Below are positions 23,743-31,085 of a stretch of DNA of 54,321 nt, piece after piece. This DNA comes from a virus. A program made the translations under genes and the position numbers. The notes beneath the pieces were generated by a model. That model saw nothing but the letters and a program-made list of their open reading frames with translations, did not search any database and was not told the DNA's origin. The number at the start of each line of letters is the position of its first letter. Position 1 is the stretch's first letter. Where the stretch lies: positions 1-54,321 of IMG/VR virus record IMGVR_UViG_3300044788_000028; one strand, 5' to 3'.

Positions 23743-24116
23743 TGGTGTCTCCGAAGATATATTAGTGCTGATTTTACAACGCGCCTACTATCTCGCAAGC
23801 TGCCAAGACCTTGATTACACGCGGTGCACAGCAACCCGCGAATGCGTCCTGTTTTATGGCTATGATCAACGGCAAGATTGCGTCCATTTCCACGGCGCTC
23901 AGGTTTGTGGCACACTGCACAAACACCGCCCTGCTTTTTCAACAGCACCGCATATTGTTCCGGTGTGATACCAAAGGCGCGCAACAGGTGTGCCCCGTGC
24001 CGTTGTTTAGGAACGCGCTTATGATACGCAGCATCGTACGCAGCGCGTGCCCGCTTGCATGGCCAGCACCGGCAACCCTGCACGTATCTGGAAGCTGTAC
24101 CGTGCGCGGAAGCCAT
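23739..24116 (-). CDS. Endonuclease VII-type nuclease, paralog 5
   Basis: MASAHGTASRYVQGCRCWPCKRA and CAVC...AVDHSHKTGRIRGLLCTACN. Low-G+C island. It starts 1 nt after the folE stop and ends in an ATGA overlap with queD. Confidence 0.85.
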   Translation of the reverse strand: MASAHGTASRYVQGCRCWPCKRARAAYDAAYHKRVPKQRHGAHLLRAFGITPEQYAVLLKKQGGVCAVCHKPERRGNGRNLAVDHSHKTGRIRGLLCTACNQGLGSLRDSRRVVKSALIYLRRHQ

Positions 24117-24117
24117 T

Positions 24118-25074
24118 TTATTTTGCGTCCCGACACAAGCCAATGAATTCAGCGCGGGCGGCAGCATCGGTCTGCAATACCCCCCGCACAGCTGAGGTAG
24201 TCGTCAAGCTGCCGTGTATCTTCACACCGCGAGAAGACATGCACATATGTGCTGCACGCACCAGTACGCCCACACCAAGCGGAGCAACGTGCGTGACAAG
24301 CGCGTCGGCAATCTGTGTGGTCATACGCTCCTGCACTTGCAACCGCCGAGAAAAAAGGTCCACGAGGCGGGCCAGCTTCGACAATCCCACGATTTTCCCG
24401 TTGGGGATATATCCGACGTGCGCCACCCCATGGATGGGGGCGAGGTGGTGCTCACAGTAGCTCACGACCGGAATGTTGTGTACGATCACCATCTGATTGT
24501 AGTCGGCGCTGCCGTCCGCGAACGACTTGAGCACGTCCTTCGGGTCTTGCCCGTACCCACTCCCCCACTCGCGCCACGCCTTGATGACGCGCGCCGGCGT
24601 CTCCCGCAGTCCTTCTCGGGTGGGGTCGTCGCCGATGTATTGTATCAGGCGGGTCACGATGTCGTGCGCGCTGTTGTCGTTGCCCGCTTCCTCTACCTCC
24701 CACGGGAACACCAGCCACGTCCCGTGCGGGTAGGTCCCTTCTACGATGTCGCAACCCGCCGGGACCTTCTGGAGCAGGGCTACGAAGTGGGCGCCCCGAT
24801 ACTTTTCGTAGTAGCGTAGACGCGTGGCGCCTGAGTCAATCAGGTCGTCCACAAACACATCCGCGGCGTCCGGGTCGTCCGTCATGGTCGCGAAGACGTT
24901 TTCGTTCCGGAACGCCGCCATGACCAGCGCTGCCGCCGCGATCCCGCCGCGCGGGATGCCGTAGAGCTTCAGGTGCTTGGTGCGCAGGGTGGGCAGGTCG
25001 AAGGTACGCACCACACGCTCCGCACAGTCCTGCAACTCCCGCAGGGTGAGCATAACCATGTTAGGCATGCGCAC
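24118..25074 (-). CDS. folE: Fusion protein: Gpt-like purine phosphoribosyltransferase domain plus GTP cyclohydrolase I
   Basis: N-terminal half: YGIPRGGIAAAALV, PRPP loop VFVDDLIDSGATR, AHFVALLQKVPAG and TWLVFPWE. C-terminal half: SYCEHHLAPIHG, GKIVGLSKLARLV and RRLQVQERMT (FolE). The start is GTG 25074 or ATG 25068. Confidence 0.8.
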   Translation of the reverse strand: MRMPNMVMLTLRELQDCAERVVRTFDLPTLRTKHLKLYGIPRGGIAAAALVMAAFRNENVFATMTDDPDAADVFVDDLIDSGATRLRYYEKYRGAHFVALLQKVPAGCDIVEGTYPHGTWLVFPWEVEEAGNDNSAHDIVTRLIQYIGDDPTREGLRETPARVIKAWREWGSGYGQDPKDVLKSFADGSADYNQMVIVHNIPVVSYCEHHLAPIHGVAHVGYIPNGKIVGLSKLARLVDLFSRRLQVQERMTTQIADALVTHVAPLGVGVLVRAAHMCMSSRGVKIHGSLTTTSAVRGVLQTDAAARAEFIGLCRDAK

Positions 25075-25936
25075 CGTCCGCTTGCCTGTCGGTACGAAGG
25101 AAGACGTGGAGACCCGCTACCCACGGGCTCAGGTATCCATCTTGCGCGTCCGCCTTCAGGTACTCGAGGGCACCGCGCAACGCCTCGGGATGGTAGTTGT
25201 TGGTCGTAGGCAGTGCCATCACTCCTTCTGCCGCCGCACGCAGCACCAGCGGGTCGGGGAGATCCGCGTCCACGAACCCCTGCGCCCGTAGGAGGGTCGC
25301 GTGGTCGTGCCCGGTGGGCGGGTACGCCCCGTCATACGCGGTGTGGGTGTACGCGAGGGCGCTGTACGCACCGGGGGTGGCACACGCCAGCCGCACCGTT
25401 TGCGCCTTGGAGTGGAACATCAGCGGAGTGTGGATACGGAACACCCCGTCACGCAGTCCCAGCGCCTTGGTGATGGCGTGCTCCTGTGCCACCACGAACT
25501 CGAGGCGGCAGTCCGGATAGTTGGCGTTATCTGCTTCGCACACCCCGGTGATCAGGTCGTAGCAGTCCAGTGCCACGGCACGGTTCGCGGCCAACGTCAG
25601 GAAGAAGGCGTTCCGCATGGGCACGAACGTCAACTCGACACGGTCGCCGATGACAGTCGCCATCTGTTGAGCGTCCGCGTATTGCTCAAGGACCTGCGTG
25701 GGGTCGGTGAGCGGGCTGCGGCTGCGCAGGACACCGGGCACGCCGACACTTTGTACGTCAACCCCAGCGCGCGCGGCCACGACGGACGCGGCGTCAAGCT
25801 CTCGACTGTGCCGCTGTCCGTAGTTGACGACCAGCGCATGGACCGGGGAGAAGCGGGACAGCGCCCAATACAAGCAGGTGGTGCTATCCTGCCCACCCGA
25901 TAGCACGACGAGGGCGGGAGACTGGTCCTTTGTCAT
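25061..25936 (-). CDS. queC: 7-cyano-7-deazaguanine synthase-like protein lacking the Zn-Cys cluster, with a C-terminal extension
   Basis: ALVVLSGGQDSTTCLYWAL (PP-loop), NYGQRHSREL, ITGVCEADNANYPDCRLEFV. Where E. coli QueC has CYNG...[10 protein letters not shown], this protein reads AYDGAYPPTGHDHATLLRAQGF. ATG at 25936 (ATGA overlap). Confidence 0.8.
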   Translation of the reverse strand: MTKDQSPALVVLSGGQDSTTCLYWALSRFSPVHALVVNYGQRHSRELDAASVVAARAGVDVQSVGVPGVLRSRSPLTDPTQVLEQYADAQQMATVIGDRVELTFVPMRNAFFLTLAANRAVALDCYDLITGVCEADNANYPDCRLEFVVAQEHAITKALGLRDGVFRIHTPLMFHSKAQTVRLACATPGAYSALAYTHTAYDGAYPPTGHDHATLLRAQGFVDADLPDPLVLRAAAEGVMALPTTNNYHPEALRGALEYLKADAQDGYLSPWVAGLHVFLRTDRQADGAHA

Positions 25937-26361
25937 TGATGTTTCCTGATGTAGTTGGTGAGGTGCTTTGCCGTGGTGTGATTGTCGCCGACACAACCCA
26001 CCGCGCGGTTGCACTTGGCACACAGCAAACCACGCGTCTTTCCTGTTGCGTGGTTATGATCAACAGCAAGGCGTATTTTACGTGGTGGTTCTAAGCACAC
26101 TGCACAGACCCCGCGCTGTTGTTCAAGCAGGGATTCATACTGCGTGATTGTCAGACCATACAATCGTTTCAGACGCGCTTTACGCGGCATGTGTGGATTA
26201 CGACGCCGGTAATCAGCCATCCGTTTGGTTGCTGCTTTTCGACACACACCACAGCGGCAGCCGCGTGTATATCGAAAGTTACTGTGCGGTATCCCTAAAA
26301 CACCAAGGCCCCTCCGCTGTTGCAGAGGGGCGTTGGTGTTTTGTCGGCGAACGCGCATCAC
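25933..26361 (-). CDS. Endonuclease VII-type nuclease, paralog 6
   Basis: NFRYTRGCRCGVCRKA and CAVC...AVDHNHATGKTRGLLCAKCN. Low-G+C island. Stop-start overlaps at both ends. Confidence 0.85.
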   Translation of the reverse strand: MMRVRRQNTNAPLQQRRGLGVLGIPHSNFRYTRGCRCGVCRKAATKRMADYRRRNPHMPRKARLKRLYGLTITQYESLLEQQRGVCAVCLEPPRKIRLAVDHNHATGKTRGLLCAKCNRAVGCVGDNHTTAKHLTNYIRKHQ

Positions 26362-27023
26362 GCCTTCGGCTTCGCCAGATAATAAACGAGACCGCGCTTG
26401 TCCGACTTCTCCTTGAGCACCTTGAGCTTGTGCTCCTTCGGATAGCGGTTGACCTGCAGCGACGCGGTCGTGAGCAGAGCGTCCTTCTTCCGCCCCGGGA
26501 AGACCTTGATCAGCTCGGCGTGGATCTCGGCCTTGCTGGCGCCGTTGCCGCGCTGCATCATGCGGGCGATGGTCGCAACGACGCCCGGTCCCTTGTCGGC
26601 CTTGGGGGCCTTCACCTTGGCGGCGCGCTTGGTCTTGGTGTTCTTCTTGGTCTTGGCCATACTGGTATCCTCGGACTGTGACGCGCTGGGCGCGTCGGTG
26701 GGTGCTGCATCCTGCGGGGACGTCGTTGCTGCTGCCTTCTCTTCCACGACCACCTTGCCATCACCCGTCAGGGAAACGGCTGTGGTATCGGGATTGACCT
26801 TCGCGCGGGCACGCTCCTGTGCCGCGTGCTTGGCGCTCTGCTTCTTGATGCGCTTGACCTCGGTGACTTCCTTCGCGTCGTCAGCGACGCTGGGGCCGCC
26901 ACCCAACCGCGCGTCCACCTCACGCGCCATCTGCTGCGCGGCTGCGGCTATCACTTCCTTGGCCTGCGGTGCAGCGCCCCCGTCCATGATGTCCTTGACG
27001 GCGGCGACTACGGGGTTGGTCAT
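26358..27023 (-). CDS. Lys/Ala-rich histone-H1-like DNA-binding protein with a C-terminal winged-helix-like domain
   Basis: Central KTKKNTKTKRAAKVKAPKADK tract. The C-terminal VATIARMMQRGNGASKAEIHAELIKVF... resembles a DUF3489-type winged helix (from memory). Confidence 0.5.
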   Translation of the reverse strand: MTNPVVAAVKDIMDGGAAPQAKEVIAAAAQQMAREVDARLGGGPSVADDAKEVTEVKRIKKQSAKHAAQERARAKVNPDTTAVSLTGDGKVVVEEKAAATTSPQDAAPTDAPSASQSEDTSMAKTKKNTKTKRAAKVKAPKADKGPGVVATIARMMQRGNGASKAEIHAELIKVFPGRKKDALLTTASLQVNRYPKEHKLKVLKEKSDKRGLVYYLAKPKA

Positions 27024-27107
27024 GGTGGTGCTCCTGTCGTTGTGGGTGTGAGGTCGTTACGGGTAAGGTACTGTGATCGATCCGTGGTACGCAAGGGGGT
27101 CACCCCC

Positions 27108-28655
27108 TTACGCGGCCACGGCCTTTTCCGCCGGCTTGCCCCCGAGGACGGCGACCTCGTACAGCACGGACTTGGCGCGGGTGACCGCGACATACATCAG
27201 GTTGATCTCCTGCTGGACCTGCCACGCCTGCCGGGCGTACTTGCTGGGCATGTACTTGTTCCGCCCCAGCAGGTACACCCGCTCCCACTCCCGCCCCTTC
27301 GCCTTGTGGACGGTGCTCAGCGTGAGCGTGTCCGCCGGGCGCCCGCTGTCCGTGTCGGTAAACAGGCGGTCGATTTCCGCCCGCAGGTCGTCTACCGTGC
27401 TCCCGGGGGGAAGCGCGTTGCAGAGCACCCGGAGGGTGTCCACACGGTCGCTGATGCTGGCTGCCTGCGACTCGCGCCCCTTCGCCATCAACCGCGACAC
27501 CTCGCGCTCCTCATATGCGTCCAGCTTGGTGAGCAGGGCGTCCAGCGACCGCAGCTTCCATTTCCCCGCGAGGGCCAGCAACCCCTTGCCGATATCCCGT
27601 CCCTCGACGTGGCAGGCCACCTTGCGCTTGATCAAGCTGTACGCCAGCTCGACCAGTGGCTTGGTGTTCCGGCACAGCACCGCGTCCTCCTTGCGGAGCA
27701 TCCCTTGCACGGCGAAGTCGTCGAGCACCACGTCGGTGATCATGGTCACCTCCCCCTCGGGTGCCACGGGGGCGGCTTCGATGTGGCTGACCCACTGCTG
27801 CGCGTGGGCGACCACCGCCTTGGGGCAACGGTAGGTCACGGTCAACGGGAGCACGGTGCAGTTGAACTCCCGTGTGATGAGGTCGAGGGCGTCGCTGTCC
27901 GCCCCGGTGAACCCGTAGATGGCCTGATGGGTGTCGCCCACCGCGATCAAGCGGCCCCCGGTCTTCAGGAGCTTGCGTGCCATCGCCCGGCGTGCCGGGT
28001 TGGTGTCCTGCGCCTCGTCGACCAACACCCAATCGTAGGTCTGGAAGCGGGCGTTGTGGACCAGCGGTGCGTACAGCATGTCGTCGAAGTCGATGATCTC
28101 GTGGTCCCGGGCCGTGGACTCCCGCAGCACTCGCTGCGCCAGCACCAGCCCGGTGTCGATGTCAGAGTCCATGCTCGCGTCACTGCTCCCGTCGTCGGTG
28201 AGCAGGTCGTCGAGGTCGTAGTGGTTGACCAACTGCATCCATGAGCTCATGTCCCCGGCCGGGCTGTCCACCCCGATGAGCGCCTGCTTGGCGATGCTCA
28301 CCGCCCGCTGCACGAACCGTCGCAGGCCCTTCGGCACCGCGAGGTCGTCGCAGATCATGTCCAGCTTCTTGTCCTCCACCTTCACGCGGTACGCCACGCG
28401 GCGCCACGCGCGGAAGCCGAACGAGTGAAACGTGCCTGCGGTCACGTTGGGGTTGCTACGGGTCCGTGACCCGATCTCCACGGCGATATTCTTGTTGTAC
28501 GCGAGGAACGCGACCGTACCCTCCATCATGCTGGTGGCTTCGACGAGCGTGGTGGTCTTACCGCTCCCCGCCACCGCCTCGATGCGGGCGCACCCTGTCC
28601 CGGTGCGTACCCACCCGAAGACGGCTTGCTGCTGGGGACTCCAGATCCGTGTCAT
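27108..28655 (-). CDS. UvrD/Rep-family SF1 helicase (copy 1)
   Basis: AVAGSGKTTT (motif I), VLVDEAQDT (II), GDTHQAIYGFTGA (III), STVHKAKGREWERVYLL, YVAVTRAK. ATG at 28655 with GGAGG upstream. The N-terminal extension of the track ORF was discarded. Confidence 0.85.
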   Translation of the reverse strand: MTRIWSPQQQAVFGWVRTGTGCARIEAVAGSGKTTTLVEATSMMEGTVAFLAYNKNIAVEIGSRTRSNPNVTAGTFHSFGFRAWRRVAYRVKVEDKKLDMICDDLAVPKGLRRFVQRAVSIAKQALIGVDSPAGDMSSWMQLVNHYDLDDLLTDDGSSDASMDSDIDTGLVLAQRVLRESTARDHEIIDFDDMLYAPLVHNARFQTYDWVLVDEAQDTNPARRAMARKLLKTGGRLIAVGDTHQAIYGFTGADSDALDLITREFNCTVLPLTVTYRCPKAVVAHAQQWVSHIEAAPVAPEGEVTMITDVVLDDFAVQGMLRKEDAVLCRNTKPLVELAYSLIKRKVACHVEGRDIGKGLLALAGKWKLRSLDALLTKLDAYEEREVSRLMAKGRESQAASISDRVDTLRVLCNALPPGSTVDDLRAEIDRLFTDTDSGRPADTLTLSTVHKAKGREWERVYLLGRNKYMPSKYARQAWQVQQEINLMYVAVTRAKSVLYEVAVLGGKPAEKAVAA

Positions 28656-28657
28656 GG

Positions 28658-29086
28658 TCAGGTGCCTCCGGTTGGGGCAAGGCCGCAGAGGGGCGCGGCG
28701 TACAACGGGAACGCGAAGCCGGGGTGTGTGCCGGCAGGCCAAAGGCGCATGTGCGCCATCTCGTGCGTGATGGTGGGGGCGTCCAGCCGGCGTACCCATA
28801 TCGCGTTGAGGCTGGGGTTCACCGCGCCGAACGGGTCGTCCAACTGGTCCCACCCCTTCGGGGCATGGTACCCCACGAACACCCGCGTCCCGCGCCACGC
28901 GGTGTCCCCCGTCAGGCACGTCGCGGCCTTGGTCCACCACGCGACCACGCTGTCCGGAACGACCGTCAGTTCGCGCGTGGGGCGCAGGGCTGTGCCCCAC
29001 TCGGTGAGCGGTGGGGTGGTCTCGGCCGCCGCCGTGACCACGAGGAACACCGCCAACCCTACCACCATCTTGCCTTGCCGTGTCAT
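28658..29086 (-). CDS. Small secreted or membrane-anchored protein with HExxH motif
   Basis: 142 aa from the ATG at 29086. N-terminal MVVGLAVFLVVTAAA signal/anchor segment and ITHEMAHMRLW. Confidence 0.55.
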   Translation of the reverse strand: MTRQGKMVVGLAVFLVVTAAAETTPPLTEWGTALRPTRELTVVPDSVVAWWTKAATCLTGDTAWRGTRVFVGYHAPKGWDQLDDPFGAVNPSLNAIWVRRLDAPTITHEMAHMRLWPAGTHPGFAFPLYAAPLCGLAPTGGT

Positions 29087-29162
29087 GGGAACCTCGTCGT
29101 TGATGTGGTTCGCTTCTTCAGGGACACCACGGGCACCGTGACCGTGTCCTGCGCCTTCAGCA

Positions 29163-29363
29163 TCACGTACCCGAGCACCGCACCCACCATCGTAGCCGAC
29201 ACGTCGAGCACGTGCTCCCGGCGGGTGCCGTGGTACTGGCGGTCGTCGTACACCTCCTTGCCCCGACCAGCGGCGGGAAGAACCGTACCGGACCCTTGAG
29301 CCCGACAGAGGCACCCCCGACGAACAGGGTCATGCCGATGATGGCGTGCAGGAGCTTGTCCAT
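29163..29363 (-). CDS. Small membrane protein (frame and end uncertain)
   Basis: The hydrophobic start MDKLLHAIIGMTLFVGGASVGL is coupled (TAATG) to the upstream small ORF. A second frame (29083..~29211) ends in an ATGA overlap with the next gene. Confidence 0.35.
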   Translation of the reverse strand: MDKLLHAIIGMTLFVGGASVGLKGPVRFFPPLVGARRCTTTASTTAPAGSTCSTCRLRWWVRCSGT

Positions 29364-29527
29364 TAGGTCCTCCGTCCAAGGGTTGACCGGATCTCCTGCA
29401 CCACTTCGCGTGCGACCACCCGTGCGACCACCCGGCGCAGGGTCCCCATGCGACCGTTGACGGTGCGGTGGCTCTGCGCCGCGATGCGGCGCAGGATGAG
29501 GTTCGCTTGCCGGCGTTTGGGGGTCAT
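29363..29527 (-). CDS. Small basic protein (54 aa)
   Basis: Hand translation gives MTPKRRQANLILRRIAAQSHRTVNGRMGTLRRVVARVVAREVVQEIRSTLGRRT. ATGA overlap upstream and TAATG overlap downstream. Confidence 0.45.
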   Translation of the reverse strand: MTPKRRQANLILRRIAAQSHRTVNGRMGTLRRVVARVVAREVVQEIRSTLGRRT

Positions 29528-30399
29528 GTGGCCGCCATGCGCTCGAGCTTCTTCGCCTGCGCCTTACGGGCGACCTTCTTCGCCTGCTTGGCTTCGTTCC
29601 CCTGCGTGATCAGGTCCTCTTCCTTGCTGGCATCCTTGGCGACGTGCGACGTACTGAGTAGGCGCAACCGCACGAACGGCACCAGTGGGTTCACCTGCGT
29701 GCGCACCAGCAGGTCCGCGCGCTCACGGGCCTTGGCTTCGACGTACTCAAACCCCTCGGGGCTGATGTGGACCGTGTACTGCAACTCGAGCCACGCGGTG
29801 AGCCCCTGTCCCGGCACCACCACATTGACCGGCAGGTACACGTTGCGTGAGCGCCACCCGCCCGAGCGCGGGCACCCGTCGATCACGGACACCTTGCTGT
29901 CGTCGAGCGCGGTGAAGCTGCCGGGCTGCCCTACCACCCCGACCTTGCGGTTCGCCCCAGCGGCCCCACCTGCCCCAGCCTCGCGCAGCTTGTAGAACCC
30001 GTCCATGCCGCCGGCGAGCTTGATGAACTGGTGGCGGAGGTTCTGGTAGAGCTTGAACCCCAACTCCGTGGCGAGGTCAGCCAGTGGTTCCCCGGCGACC
30101 CAACGGTCGAACGCCTTGCCCACCTCGGGCGTCGCGGCGAACGCCTTGGCCTTCGCCGGCTTGGTCGTGATCTCCTGCGCCGCCGCGAGCGTGCCGGGGT
30201 GCTTGCTGGTGACCGGAAAGTTGACGGCAAGCTCTGCCTTCAAGTGCTTGACCGCGATCGCCACCACCTCATCTTGTTCGTCACGGGTGCGCTTGCGCAT
30301 CGGAACCCGTGCTGCGTCGAGCGCCTTCACACTACGCTTGCCCTTCGGCGGTGCTGCGTTACGCCGTGCACCGGGCTTCACTTTGCTGCTGCGACTCAT
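29524..30399 (-). CDS. Hypothetical basic protein
   Basis: 291-aa ORF with Lys/Arg-rich termini. No motif recognised. Confidence 0.55.
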   Translation of the reverse strand: MSRSSKVKPGARRNAAPPKGKRSVKALDAARVPMRKRTRDEQDEVVAIAVKHLKAELAVNFPVTSKHPGTLAAAQEITTKPAKAKAFAATPEVGKAFDRWVAGEPLADLATELGFKLYQNLRHQFIKLAGGMDGFYKLREAGAGGAAGANRKVGVVGQPGSFTALDDSKVSVIDGCPRSGGWRSRNVYLPVNVVVPGQGLTAWLELQYTVHISPEGFEYVEAKARERADLLVRTQVNPLVPFVRLRLLSTSHVAKDASKEEDLITQGNEAKQAKKVARKAQAKKLERMAAT

Positions 30400-30586
30400 G
30401 GGACCCTCCCTCGTTGAGTTCCGCCACGGCCGCTCTGGCCGCGATGCGGTGTTGCAGGATCATGCTGGCCCAGCGTTCGGGGCAGTGGCGGTACACCGCC
30501 CCGGTGTTGCTCTCCAACTGTTGCGCCGCTCCCTCATGGTACGCCGCGAGGGTTGTCAGGAGCAGGCGCGTGGTGTCGGTGCTCAC
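30359..30586 (-). CDS. Hypothetical protein
   Basis: 75-aa ORF with a GTG start directly after the upstream stop. It overlaps the next gene by 41 nt. Confidence 0.4.
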   Translation of the reverse strand: MSTDTTRLLLTTLAAYHEGAAQQLESNTGAVYRHCPERWASMILQHRIAARAAVAELNEGGSHESQQQSEARCTA

Positions 30587-30808
30587 TTAGCAATCTCGGC
30601 GGAGGTACGCTGCGACACTGCTCAACGTGACTGCTGCCTTCTGCCACGCCTTCCTCTGTGTGGCGGTAATACTGTCCGGGGCGCCACCAAACTCGCGCGC
30701 CGCGCGCTGTTCAGCTATGCGGCCAAGAGCTTCAGCGACTCCGGCAACACCCTCCTCATTCACGAGGTTCTGTAGGTCGAGCTGGCTGTGCTGCTTCATT
30801 ACATCCAT
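30587..30808 (-). CDS. Hypothetical protein
   Basis: 73 aa from the ATG at 30808 (MDVMKQHSQLDL...). Confidence 0.45.
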   Translation of the reverse strand: MDVMKQHSQLDLQNLVNEEGVAGVAEALGRIAEQRAAREFGGAPDSITATQRKAWQKAAVTLSSVAAYLRRDC

Positions 30809-30863
30809 CCGTCGTTGAGGTCCCGGGGGTGCGCGGGGTGCGCACCCCCACGGGGTTGCAGTG

Positions 30864-31085
30864 CTACAGTACCACTTGCTCGAGCTTGGTGCCCAGCGCC
30901 GGCAGCGCGTTGGCTTCAAGGTGGTCAGCGAACGCGTCGTCCTCGCGGGCGGTCATCCTGCGCTGACTGTTCAGGTTCTCTTCCTTGACTAGCTTGACCA
31001 CCAGCCCCTGAGCTTCGAAGCGCCCCTCTACGAAGCTGATGCTGAGTTCGCCAACCTTGGTGAGCTTGGTCTTGGTGCCTTGCAT
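30864..31085 (-). CDS. Hypothetical protein
   Basis: 73-aa ORF with ATG at 31085 and GGAG upstream. First gene after the 369-bp non-coding region. Confidence 0.55.
   Translation of the reverse strand: MQGTKTKLTKVGELSISFVEGRFEAQGLVVKLVKEENLNSQRRMTAREDDAFADHLEANALPALGTKLEQVVL

Noticed and set aside
27108-29000. N-terminal extensions of several minus-strand track ORFs: 27108..29000, 22322..23503, 16412..17497, 13213..14169, 13650..14282, 36182..37018, 31455..33158, 11732..12499 and 10522..11247.
   Set aside because: The extensions overlap the preceding real gene in another frame and translate to Arg/Pro/Gly-rich nonsense. Internal ATG or GTG starts that form ATGA/GTGA overlaps or follow GGAG-type sites give proteins beginning at the conserved domain.
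29083-29363. A programmed -1 frameshift joining the MDKLL... frame (start coupled at 29363) to the frame that ends in an ATGA overlap at 29083.
   Set aside because: The frame change would indeed be -1, but I found no X XXY YYZ slippery heptamer in the overlap. Two short overlapping genes, or a sequencing indel, are equally possible.
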